From Spirochaetia bacterium (GTDB lineage: Bacteria > Spirochaetota > Spirochaetia > SP-2023): DNA of 54,531 nucleotides. Below the pieces are notes generated by a model. That model had not been told where the DNA came from. It searched no databases and saw nothing but the letters and a program-made list of their open reading frames with translations. Positions 9,300-18,214 of the stretch are shown here, in pieces; within the stretch, counting starts at the first letter, position 1; every line of letters starts with the position of its first letter. Both the position numbers and the translations under genes were made by a program. The DNA lies in assembly GCA_965225855.1 (NCBI GenBank), contig CBDDCK010000003.1:1-54531 (forward strand), read 5' to 3'.

Positions 9300-10988
9300 A
9301 TGTATGATTGTGGTAAGAAAAAAAAGGAAATAAGTTTCTTATTTATTTCTAAAATTTTGCTATTTTGTTTTCTGCTAAAATCAGTGCCAGCACCTGCAAT
9401 TTCTACTCAGGAAGAAATTGCGTCTCTGCTTGAATTACAATTGAATGCTGAATTTTGGCAATTACTTAGTACAGAAGAGCTTATTTCGTTATCGGAATTG
9501 CGTAGTACAGCCATAAATGTAGAGCGGGTAATTCCTTTAGAGTATCTTTATCCGGGATTCCACCATATAGAAAGTATTGATTCACGAGACCAACAAGGCC
9601 AATTGCTAGAAATATTTTTCAAAGAAAAGCAGAGCCTAGCTCTCAAAAATAGTTATCTCAAGCTAGAACCAAGTGGGCAATTAACTTTATTTCTCGAAGA
9701 TAGAGCTGTGCAAAAAAATCCACAACAATTAAATATCTACGGTGAAACTTGGCCGAAAATAAAATTGCAATTCTGGCTGGAAGAAGATTTTGAGCATCCA
9801 TTTTTACTTTCTGAACTGGAAATTTATCAACGATTTCACAATGTGCAAATTGAAGTACAAGTTATTAAAAATTTGAAACAGGCAATCAGCCACTCACTTC
9901 ACGATGGAGGCCGAGGTCCTTTTTTACCAGATATGATTTTAGCTGATCGTAAAACCACTGAAGAATTGCGTGATCAACTAGAAAGATGGCTTCCCAAACG
10001 GGATAATGGACAAACCCCAAAAAGCAAAGGGTTAAAAGACCCCTTCCATTCTTTAGCTTTTCTCGATTTATTCGTAAGCAACGGCCAATATTATTCCATG
10101 CCCTTTGCGCTGGAAACTTATAGTTTGCTCTACAATCCCAAGCTGCTTTCAGACAAAAATAAAGAAGACTCCGAAAATTCCAATAGATACCGCAATTTAT
10201 CGCAATTTTTTACCCAGTTAGCCAAACAAAGGACAAAATATAAGCGAGAGCAGAGCATGAAGCAAAACCCTTATGTGCTTGCCTTTGGTGAAAATACTCT
10301 ACCATTTTCACTATTACTCTATTCCTTTTTGGATGATCATTATGAACTTTCCAATGACAACTTGGAACTGCGCCAAGGTTTACAATACCTACGCGAACAA
10401 AGCCAAAAAGAATTATTGGTTCAATTAGATTTTATCGAAGAACGATTTGCCAATGGACATATAGCGGCAATCATTGCGCGTTCTGGAGACTTACCGCGCA
10501 TCATGGCGTTAGCAAATTCAAATACCCCCATAAAAATAGCAAAGCTCCCATTTAATGATATATGCAACAACGATATAACCCCTTATTCAAGAATCTGGGG
10601 GTTAAGTATCTTACGCCAATCGGCTAGCAAACCCCAAGCCACCGTTTTGCGCAATTATTTGCTAAGCGGTGGATTGCAAGGTCAATTTGATTTAAGTCAA
10701 GGAGTCTTGCCAGTAAATACCATATACTATCCATTTTATCAGAGAAGTTTGTATTATCATTTGCTACCAAAAGCTTCACTGCGCCACACAATGAAACCCA
10801 AAGAACTTTGGGAATATGGTATTGAACAACGTAGCATCTACCAAAATATTGAAGAATTAGACCGTTTGTTCCGCAGCAGAATAAGTATTGTACTCAATAG
10901 CGATACGGAATTAAAAACAATACTTGAAGGGTTAAAACAACAGTTGAACGAAACCATACTCAGAAAGCAGCCATTATTTTTACGTTAG
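9300..10988 (+). CDS. ABC-type extracellular solute-binding protein (sugar family) with N-terminal extension
   Basis: PDMILAD, NGQYYSMPFALETYSLLYNPKLL, FANGHIAAII motifs typical of family-1 binding proteins; N-terminal hydrophobic leader. Confidence 0.6.
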   Translation: MYDCGKKKKEISFLFISKILLFCFLLKSVPAPAISTQEEIASLLELQLNAEFWQLLSTEELISLSELRSTAINVERVIPLEYLYPGFHHIESIDSRDQQGQLLEIFFKEKQSLALKNSYLKLEPSGQLTLFLEDRAVQKNPQQLNIYGETWPKIKLQFWLEEDFEHPFLLSELEIYQRFHNVQIEVQVIKNLKQAISHSLHDGGRGPFLPDMILADRKTTEELRDQLERWLPKRDNGQTPKSKGLKDPFHSLAFLDLFVSNGQYYSMPFALETYSLLYNPKLLSDKNKEDSENSNRYRNLSQFFTQLAKQRTKYKREQSMKQNPYVLAFGENTLPFSLLLYSFLDDHYELSNDNLELRQGLQYLREQSQKELLVQLDFIEERFANGHIAAIIARSGDLPRIMALANSNTPIKIAKLPFNDICNNDITPYSRIWGLSILRQSASKPQATVLRNYLLSGGLQGQFDLSQGVLPVNTIYYPFYQRSLYYHLLPKASLRHTMKPKELWEYGIEQRSIYQNIEELDRLFRSRISIVLNSDTELKTILEGLKQQLNETILRKQPLFLR

Positions 10989-11031
10989 CGATTGTTACCA
11001 AACCCAAATATTTACAGACGGACCACAACAG

Positions 11032-12879
11032 ATGAAAAAAAAAGTTTCAAAAGAAGTGCCTATTTTTGAAACATTCCACTTTAAACCTCTAGCTGGGCTC
11101 AGTCCCGATTACTATGTAACGATGGTCTATGCTATAATTGTGCTGGCAACAATATATTTCCTATTTATAGACCAAGGTTTGCGCAAACCACAAGTTCGCC
11201 TGCGTTTCCAAGTTTTGGTCGGCGATGCAAGCTTGTATATCAACGGAAAATTCTACCACAATTTAATCTTTTCTCCCGGCTGGGGAGCAAGTACGGTTGC
11301 GATACCCGCTGGAGAAACAAAATTACAGATTGTAAAATCCGGCATGGAACCTTGGATATGGCAGCAAAATTTTAGAGCGAATATTTGGAATAATCACTGG
11401 AAACCAACGACCTATACCTTTCAAATTCAGATGACGGCATTAGCTAGCGATCAACAACAGCAGTACCTTTGGCAAGAAGCTTGGCGTGGCTATTTATACC
11501 GCGGTTTGGAAGGACAAAAAGAAATCTCATTTGATGCCTCCCACCCCTACCCTTGGGTATTATCCGAGGGCTTGCGTTCTGCCCTTTATAGCAGAGGGGC
11601 AAAAATCCCAGCATATTGGTCTGCCGATTTACAGCGAGGGCTGGCCTCCACTACCAATATCTACCAATGGGGTGATTTACTTACAGGCTATAGCCTCGTG
11701 AGCCAAGCGCAAAATATAACTACAAAAAATCGCAGCATCTCATTATTGGGACCACGCTCTTTGGCTATTTTGGCCCGTTCTATAGTAAAACGTCTACAAC
11801 GATTGGAACCCCGAAAAAGCAGTTTATTCAATTCTTGGAAAAAAGCAGAAACCGAAAAACGACCCCAAGCACTACAACAAAAAGAATTTTGGCAGCGATA
11901 TTCGCAGCAAAAAAAAATAGACACAAAGCAAATTCAAACCTTGCCAGCCCAATTTTCTGGAGCCCAAACGCCTAACGTGCCCAAAGCGGTATTGGAATTT
12001 CGCGATATGCGTTTTATGAGTGTCCCCAATTGGAATTCTAATGCTAGGGATTTTGCACTCCAGCAGACGGAAGTCAGTAACCAGCAGTTTGCCCGTTTTT
12101 GGTTTAGCCCAGCAGGAAAAAAACTGCGTAGAAAAAAATTGCAAGAAGGTTATGCTTTCTTAATTTTGTATCCAGAAGATCAAATTGATGGCCCTTTGGG
12201 TTGGCCTGAAAATAGTACCTTAACCGATATTTTGCAGAACCCATTACTACAAGACCAACCTGTGCGCGGAATCACTTGGATAGAAGCTCAAGCTTTTGCC
12301 CAATGGATAGATAGCGAGTTTCAGCAGCAAAACCAAATCCAAAACCAATTTAATGGTTCCAATTTAAATAATCAACCAATATGGCAACTACGCTTGCCCA
12401 GCAGTGCTGAATTCCAAATTTTCAACCAAAGTCTATCGAATTTATCTAAACAAAATGAGGTAGCCAATCCAGAACTAGAGCAGCAAGACCTAGCATTTAG
12501 TTTCCGTATACCGCAAGCCCCAATAAATTTTGCTAATCAAATGCAAAATTTATTGGGGCTCAAAGGCATATTTGGCAGTTTATGGGAATGGCATAGCGAT
12601 GACTATTTGCCCTATCTTGCCACAAACTCGGCAAACGGTAGTAGTAATTTAGAATACAAAACAATCAGTGGGGGGAGTTGGCTGAATACTCTAGCCATTA
12701 GCGATGGAACACGAGATTTATGGGCTAGTGAATTTGGGGCCATCGACCATGAGATACCAGCCCAAATACAAAACAACTCGAATACAATTGCCGGTCAATT
12801 TGCGCAAATACGCAGCCCTTACACAGGCTTTCGCTTATTAGCTCAACAACAAACGAAAACGTCAAATAATCCAAACTAA
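11032..12879 (+). CDS. Membrane-anchored FGE-sulfatase (SUMF1) domain protein
   Basis: TEVSNQQF, PVRGITWIEAQAFAQW, LRLPSSAE, GSLWEWHSD, GGSW, TGFRL; N-terminal TM. Confidence 0.72.
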   Translation: MKKKVSKEVPIFETFHFKPLAGLSPDYYVTMVYAIIVLATIYFLFIDQGLRKPQVRLRFQVLVGDASLYINGKFYHNLIFSPGWGASTVAIPAGETKLQIVKSGMEPWIWQQNFRANIWNNHWKPTTYTFQIQMTALASDQQQQYLWQEAWRGYLYRGLEGQKEISFDASHPYPWVLSEGLRSALYSRGAKIPAYWSADLQRGLASTTNIYQWGDLLTGYSLVSQAQNITTKNRSISLLGPRSLAILARSIVKRLQRLEPRKSSLFNSWKKAETEKRPQALQQKEFWQRYSQQKKIDTKQIQTLPAQFSGAQTPNVPKAVLEFRDMRFMSVPNWNSNARDFALQQTEVSNQQFARFWFSPAGKKLRRKKLQEGYAFLILYPEDQIDGPLGWPENSTLTDILQNPLLQDQPVRGITWIEAQAFAQWIDSEFQQQNQIQNQFNGSNLNNQPIWQLRLPSSAEFQIFNQSLSNLSKQNEVANPELEQQDLAFSFRIPQAPINFANQMQNLLGLKGIFGSLWEWHSDDYLPYLATNSANGSSNLEYKTISGGSWLNTLAISDGTRDLWASEFGAIDHEIPAQIQNNSNTIAGQFAQIRSPYTGFRLLAQQQTKTSNNPN

Positions 12880-12894
12880 AAACATAAGACAAAA

Positions 12895-13359
12895 ATGGCT
12901 AAAAAAAAGAAAACTTCTGGGGCTGTTGCAGATAACCGCAAAGCTCGTTTTGAATATAGCTTAGAAGATGCCTTAGAGTGTGGCATAGAATTAAAGGGTA
13001 CAGAAGTAAAATCTCTACGAGCAGGGCAAGTTGCTTTCCGCGATAGCTTTTGCAGTATTGAAAAAGGGGAATTGTGGCTAAAAAATTTACATATTTCACC
13101 GTATACCTTTGCCTCCCATTTTAACCACCAAGCCGATCGCCAACGCAAATTACTAGCCAGCAGAAAACAAATTGCACAACTTTTGCGCAAAGTAAAAGAA
13201 AAAGGCTATTCCATAATTCCAACCAAAATTTACTTTAAAGGTTCTCTGGTTAAAATTGAAATCGCCATAGCCAAAGGAAAAAAACTGTATGACAAGCGCG
13301 AAACCATTCAGAAACGCGATTTGCAACGGCAAGAAGGGCGTAAAATGCGGTTTCAATAA
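12895..13359 (+). CDS. smpB: SsrA-binding protein
   Basis: NRKARFEY, GIELKGTEVKSLR, RKLL, AKGKKLYDKRE. Confidence 0.98.
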   Translation: MAKKKKTSGAVADNRKARFEYSLEDALECGIELKGTEVKSLRAGQVAFRDSFCSIEKGELWLKNLHISPYTFASHFNHQADRQRKLLASRKQIAQLLRKVKEKGYSIIPTKIYFKGSLVKIEIAIAKGKKLYDKRETIQKRDLQRQEGRKMRFQ

Positions 13360-13397
13360 AACTTCATCAAATTTAGCCAAAAATACCAAACTTTTTA

Positions 13398-13439
13398 GGG
13401 GCTAGACAAGATTAGAACTCATCACTTAACCCGTTGATT
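13398..13439 (-). other. Degenerate tRNA 3'-end fragment (att-like) next to an IHF-consensus site
   Basis: Minus strand 13419-13398 AGTTCTAATCTTGTCTAGCCCC vs tRNA-Ile 3' end AGTTCAAATCTTGTCAGGCCCA (18/22). Minus strand 13439-13427 AATCAACGGGTTA matches WATCAANNNNTTR. Confidence 0.3.
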
Positions 13440-13584
13440 TCTTGAGAGTTTTTAAGGGCATCAACATTTTTGTTGTTGCTTGTTCCATACTAATTTTTAA
13501 AGATCAAACATTACTTATGGCAATAATCTAATAGTATTTGCCAACGCTTTGCGAACACCTGCATAGCGGATAGAACTTCGGTTT

Positions 13585-13966
13585 TAACGGCGCACGCAAA
13601 ATCAAACGACTTGCGTGCAAATTTACTTACTGTTTAGGTTGTACTGCGATCATATAACCACTTAGCCGTCTAAAGCCTGTAATTCAATTCGGCTTCAAGT
13701 TTTTTTGTTCTTTTTAGCTTGGTTGTTTCAGCCTTTGGCTATATTGGCTTCCCGTATTTACCAAGGCTATAATTGGCAAAAGCAGCCTTAATAAAAAAAT
13801 TTACAGCCTTGACAAAAAAATTTGTAGCCTTAATAAAAAAATTTACAGCCTTGGTATTTTCTCCATACCAAGGCTATAATTGATAAAAGCAGCCACGATA
13901 AAAAAACTTACCAAGGCTGCAATTGGCCAATGCAAGCGTTGCAACAACCAAACCCTACTTACCAAT
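13585..13966. repeat. 3' flanking module of lipoprotein paralog 1 (shared with paralog 2), with 21-bp tandem repeats
   Basis: 36 bp at 13596-13631 identical to 28559-28594; TACCAAGGCTATAATTG duplicated; about 3.3 copies of CAGCCTTAATAAAAAAATTTA-like 21-mers at 13783-13852. Confidence 0.85.
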
Positions 13967-16054
13967 TTAAAACCTTGTTATACCAGTGGTTGGGTCTGCT
14001 CGCCTACCCGTTACAAATCCTGCTGCTGCTTCCAGGTTGTAGTTACCAGCATCATCATTACCACCAGTCTGAACCAGTATCTTCTCGACTTCCGCTTTTA
14101 CACTACCGCTTAAAATAATAATTACGCCTCTTGTATTTGCTGCAGAACCTGTGGCTGTGTCTTCACCTACTGCGTGCTGGGGTAATGGGTATCTCTTCTT
14201 ACCATCACCGGATACAAGCGTCAATTTGCTAAAGTCCCACTCTGCAATTGTTGTCGGTAACCTGCTACCTAAAATAATTAACTTGCCTGAACTAGAATAG
14301 TATTGTACTTCGGTGAGCTGGCTTGCGTAGCCACTAACGGTAATAGGGCTGCTTGTGTCTTCAGCGCTACCACCTGCAAATCCTGCTGCTGCTTCCAGGT
14401 TGTATGCACCATTAGCATCACTATCACCATCCTTAACCAATATAGCATTGGCTTTGGCTTTTTCATTACCCGTTAAAGTAATCGTTAAGCTTGTTACACT
14501 TGCTGCAGAACCTGTGGCTCTATCTTCACCTGCGGTTGTATGCGGGGATAATGAGAGACTCTTACGACCATCACCTGCGACAAACCTCAATTTGCTAAAG
14601 TCCCAGCCTGTAAATGCTGCTGGTAAATTAGTACCTGTAATCACTAACACGCCTGTAATAGCATTGTAGGTTGCACGGGTAATTGCGGGTGCGGGGTTTC
14701 CACTAACGGCCAAGGCTTTGGCTGTATCTAAACCCGCCCAAGTACCAGTGCTAGTAAGCAACCCATCTTTTAGACCATTGCTATCCATACCGGGCTTGCC
14801 ATTCAGAGTAGTTTTATGTTGATCGGTAAGGTAAAGCCAAAGCGCTGTGCCATCGCTTTTCATACGGTACTTACCTTTTGCAAGACCGCGACTATCTGGC
14901 CCAGTGGCTGTGCCATCTGCAATATAGGAACTTAAGGCTACGCCATCTACCGTGATAGTTTGGATTTGGGCTTGGGTCGCACTAGCTAAGTGAGTACCTT
15001 GTACAGTTAGCATCGCCGTGCCAACATTGTAGGTTGCACCGGTAATTGTGGGTGCGGGGTTTCCACTAACGGCCAAGGCTTTGGCTGTATCTAAACCCGC
15101 CCAAGCACCAGTGCTAGTAAGCAACCCATCTTTTAGACCATTGCTATCCATACCTGTCTTGCCATTCAGAGTAGCTTTATCGGTATCGGTAAGTTTCAGC
15201 CAAAGCGCTGTGCCATCGCTTTTAATACGGTACTTACCTTTTGCAAGACCGCGACTATCTGGCCCAGTGGCTGTGCCATCTGCAATATAGGAACTTAAGG
15301 CTACGCCATCTACCGTGATAGTTTGGATTTGGGCTTGGGTCGCACTAGCTAAGTGAGTACCTTGTACAGTTAGCATCGCCGTGCCAACATTGTAGGTTGC
15401 ACGGGTAATTGCGGCTTCAGGCGAATCCTCTTCGGCTTTAGGTTGCTTAGGCGACTGATCTTGGACTTGTTCGTCTTGTTCGACTTTAGGTTGCTTAGGC
15501 GACTGATCTTGGACTTGTTCAGCTTGTTCGTCTTCAGTTTGCTTAGATGGCTGATTGTCATCGGATACTTTAGACTGCTTATTTTCGGGTACATTACTAA
15601 CGTCCAAGTCTTTAGGTGTATTTAAACCCGCCCAAGCACCAGAGGCAACGCTAAGCAACCCTTTTTTTAGACCATTGCTATCCATACCTGTCTTGCCATT
15701 CAGAGCAGCTTTATCGTCATCGGTAAGTCTAAGCCAAAGCGCTGTGCCATCGCTTTTAATACGGTACTTACCTTGTTCAAGACCGTTACTATTTACCCCA
15801 GTGGCATCGTCATCTGCAGTATAGGAACTGAAGGCTACGCCATCTACTACGATGGTTTGGATTTGGGCTTCTGTAGGACTTAAGTCAGTGCCTTGTACGG
15901 TTAACAGCGCCGTGCCAACATCGTAGCTTGCACTGGTGATTGCAGGCCCAGACGGCCCAGAAGATCGATCATCGTCATCGGGTGGGGCGCAGGCCAAGGC
16001 CATAAAGCCCAATAGCAAGGCTACAGGCAATAAAAGTAGTTTGTGCTTATACAT
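13967..16054 (-). CDS. Surface lipoprotein paralog 1; five ~120-aa Ig-like repeats (A-linker-A-A-B-B)
   Basis: ATG 16054 with GGAGGT 7 nt upstream; lipobox MALA-C; near-perfect 363-bp internal repeat; E/Q/K-rich linker. Confidence 0.9.
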   Translation of the reverse strand: MYKHKLLLLPVALLLGFMALACAPPDDDDRSSGPSGPAITSASYDVGTALLTVQGTDLSPTEAQIQTIVVDGVAFSSYTADDDATGVNSNGLEQGKYRIKSDGTALWLRLTDDDKAALNGKTGMDSNGLKKGLLSVASGAWAGLNTPKDLDVSNVPENKQSKVSDDNQPSKQTEDEQAEQVQDQSPKQPKVEQDEQVQDQSPKQPKAEEDSPEAAITRATYNVGTAMLTVQGTHLASATQAQIQTITVDGVALSSYIADGTATGPDSRGLAKGKYRIKSDGTALWLKLTDTDKATLNGKTGMDSNGLKDGLLTSTGAWAGLDTAKALAVSGNPAPTITGATYNVGTAMLTVQGTHLASATQAQIQTITVDGVALSSYIADGTATGPDSRGLAKGKYRMKSDGTALWLYLTDQHKTTLNGKPGMDSNGLKDGLLTSTGTWAGLDTAKALAVSGNPAPAITRATYNAITGVLVITGTNLPAAFTGWDFSKLRFVAGDGRKSLSLSPHTTAGEDRATGSAASVTSLTITLTGNEKAKANAILVKDGDSDANGAYNLEAAAGFAGGSAEDTSSPITVSGYASQLTEVQYYSSSGKLIILGSRLPTTIAEWDFSKLTLVSGDGKKRYPLPQHAVGEDTATGSAANTRGVIIILSGSVKAEVEKILVQTGGNDDAGNYNLEAAAGFVTGRRADPTTGITRF

Positions 16055-16249
16055 AAGCAATACCTCCAAGAATGGATAAAGATTAACCAACCCATACGGG
16101 CTAGTGCATAGAGCCCTATTGTGTTAGGGGGGGAATTGAGTCAAGGCCTATACAAGCTTTTTGTAAGTTTTTTGCATTTTTTTGTGTCTTAGTGTTGTTT
16201 TGTGTTGTAAGGTGGTTAAAAATCAATGCCAATCAAAAGCCTTGAGGGT
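16055..16249 (-). promoter_or_regulatory. Conserved 5' module of the lipoprotein family (copy 1)
   Basis: Minus strand: phased A-tracts, GGCCTTGACT, C7 run, GGGCT/AGCCC stem, GGAGGT RBS; homologous to 30648-30864, 40154-40358, 48055-48255. Confidence 0.75.
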
Positions 16250-16461
16250 GTTGGTTGGGGCTTTGTTTGGTATTTGTGGGTACTATAGCTAGTCGTAACC
16301 CACTACCAAGAGGGTAATGGATTGCTATCCGCTTGGTAGTGTTATAATTTCAGCTATGCGAGCCTAGTTTTTACAATCCACTACTTTATTTGCCCTTTTG
16401 GTGGGGCTTGGTACAACCAAACCATTGCGTTGACCTTTTAGCAAAAGTTTAGGCTAAGCTC

Positions 16462-16490
16462 TTGACTTTGTTTACACTTTAGGCTATATT
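16462..16490 (+). promoter_or_regulatory. Sigma70-type promoter, probably leaderless transcript
   Basis: TTGACT-17 nt-TATATT, ATG 6 nt after the -10, no RBS. Confidence 0.6.
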
Positions 16491-16496
16491 GGGATA

Positions 16497-16937
16497 ATGA
16501 ATAATTTAGCCGAACACCATGACCAAGCCTTGATACAAGACCTAATCGAAAACCTACTAAAAGAAAATTTAGCTAAGGAAGTGCAGCGCCAACTAAAAGA
16601 CCAATTGGCGCAGCAACTATTGCAAGCACCCGCCAAAGTCGAAAGGCCCAATTATGGGCCCGAACTACTAGAACGCATGGTGCGTGTGGAAGAAGAGCTT
16701 AAGCACCAAAGGGAGCTGCTGCAACAAAACCAAGAAGTGCTTAAAACCTTTATGCAGCAAATGGACAAGCGTTTTGAAGCTATGCAACAAAGCATTGATA
16801 AACGCTTTGAACAAGTGGATAAACGCTTTGAAGCTATGCAGCAAAACATGGACAAAAGATTTTTGATGTTGCAATGGTTTATAGGAACAGGCATTGGCCT
16901 AGTTATCGGTATCTTGGGCTTGCTTAAATTGATGTAA
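16497..16937 (+). CDS. Coiled-coil repeat protein with C-terminal TM anchor (DUF1640/Bdr-like), copy A
   Basis: DKRFEQV and DKRFEAMQQSI repeats followed by WFIGTGIGLVIGILGLL. Confidence 0.85.
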   Translation: MNNLAEHHDQALIQDLIENLLKENLAKEVQRQLKDQLAQQLLQAPAKVERPNYGPELLERMVRVEEELKHQRELLQQNQEVLKTFMQQMDKRFEAMQQSIDKRFEQVDKRFEAMQQNMDKRFLMLQWFIGTGIGLVIGILGLLKLM

Positions 16938-17055
16938 GCCCAAGTCTTGCTTGACTTTTTTGGAGTTTTGAGCGTTTTTGCCCTTAAGTTCAAGGACGGG
17001 TGAGTGTTTCTCAATTGAGAGCGCAAAAAGCGGTCGCGGTGTGGTTTGCACGGCG

Positions 17056-18168
17056 TTAGGGGGCTGTTTGCGATAAGGTAGCCCTTCGAGAAAATTTTAT
17101 TTTACTCTTCTCCAGAGCCTCCCAAAGGCCTAGAATATAATTAGCGCCCAAAGCGCGATCATAGAGCCCATAACCAGCACGCCCTTTTTCGCCCCAAATC
17201 CTACGGCCATGATCTGGTCGTACATGCCCTTTAAATCCTATGTCGTGGTAGGCCTGCATGATTTCAAATATATCCAAAGAACCGCAACAGCTTAAATGGG
17301 CCGATTCATGAAACTGATTTTTGCTAAGGTGCTTGAGATTGCGCACATGCCCAAAGTGAATACGGTTACCAAAACGATGGATAAGGTCTGGAATATATTG
17401 TTGTTGGTTAGCTCCTAGAGAACCAGCACATAAAGTTAAGCCATTACGGACGGAATCATAGAGACGCAAGAAACGAGCCAAATTATTGCTGCCGGTAATA
17501 ATACGCGGCAGACCAAAGATTGGCCACGGCGGATCATCTGGATGAATCGCCATGTTGATCTCAACCTCTTCACAAATAGGAATTACTGCCTTTAAGAAAT
17601 ATTCGATATTTTGCCATAGTCCTTCTTCTCCCAACTCGGCGTACCGATCGAAAAGGGAACGCAATTCTCCCAGACGCTGAGTTTCCCAGCCAGGCAATTC
17701 AATACCGTCAGACTCATTCTGGACTTTGCGGAACAATTCATCCGGGCTCATTTGATTCAATTGTTCCCCATCAAAAAACATGGTTTGCGAATTATCATCC
17801 AATAAATGAAATAGACTGGTTCGCGTCCAATCAAAAACTGGCATAAAATTATAACAGATGGTCTCTACCCCAACGGCCGACAAGCGGCGCACTGTATTTT
17901 GATAATTCTCTATATACTTATCACGCTGACCAGAGCCCAAAACCCCAAGTTTGATATCTTCATGAATATTGACACTCTCAATGACTTCCATCTTTAATCC
18001 GGCCTCAACGATCTGCTGTTTTAACGCAGCAATATCAGTTTCTGGCCAGGCCTCACCGACAGGTATATGAAATAAAGAAGGCACTACCGATTCCACCCCA
18101 GGAATCTGACGGATATATTCTAAAGATACGGGATCGTCTGCACCAAACCAACGGAAAGACATGCGCAT
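17056..18168 (-). CDS. uxuA: Mannonate dehydratase
   Basis: MSFRWFGADDPV, VIESVNIHEDIKLG, CYNFMPVFDWTRT, HPDDPPW, RPDHG, GYGLYDRALG. Confidence 0.96.
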   Translation of the reverse strand: MRMSFRWFGADDPVSLEYIRQIPGVESVVPSLFHIPVGEAWPETDIAALKQQIVEAGLKMEVIESVNIHEDIKLGVLGSGQRDKYIENYQNTVRRLSAVGVETICYNFMPVFDWTRTSLFHLLDDNSQTMFFDGEQLNQMSPDELFRKVQNESDGIELPGWETQRLGELRSLFDRYAELGEEGLWQNIEYFLKAVIPICEEVEINMAIHPDDPPWPIFGLPRIITGSNNLARFLRLYDSVRNGLTLCAGSLGANQQQYIPDLIHRFGNRIHFGHVRNLKHLSKNQFHESAHLSCCGSLDIFEIMQAYHDIGFKGHVRPDHGRRIWGEKGRAGYGLYDRALGANYILGLWEALEKSKIKFSRRATLSQTAP

Positions 18169-18214
18169 ATTCTATTCCTTTATTTTACACTTTTGTATTT
18201 TATAAGTATATAAA

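Larger units (their letters stand above)
16325..16962 (+). repeat. ~640-bp inverted-repeat cassette, copy A
   Basis: Near-identical to the reverse complement of 37283-37942, covering upstream region, ORF and 3' tail. Confidence 0.93.

Noticed and set aside
13398..13870. tmRNA (ssrA) after smpB, suggested by a GGGGCT start
   Set aside because: No T-arm/acceptor 3' end at a suitable distance and no tag ORF ending in a LAA-like sequence.
14355..15824. Recurrent + strand ORFs antisense to the lipoproteins
   Set aside because: Shadow frames of the repeated coding sequence; no independent coding evidence.
16325..16962. IS element or composite transposon formed by the inverted cassettes
   Set aside because: Encoded protein is a coiled coil with a TM anchor, with no transposase motifs; no terminal IRs or target duplication seen.
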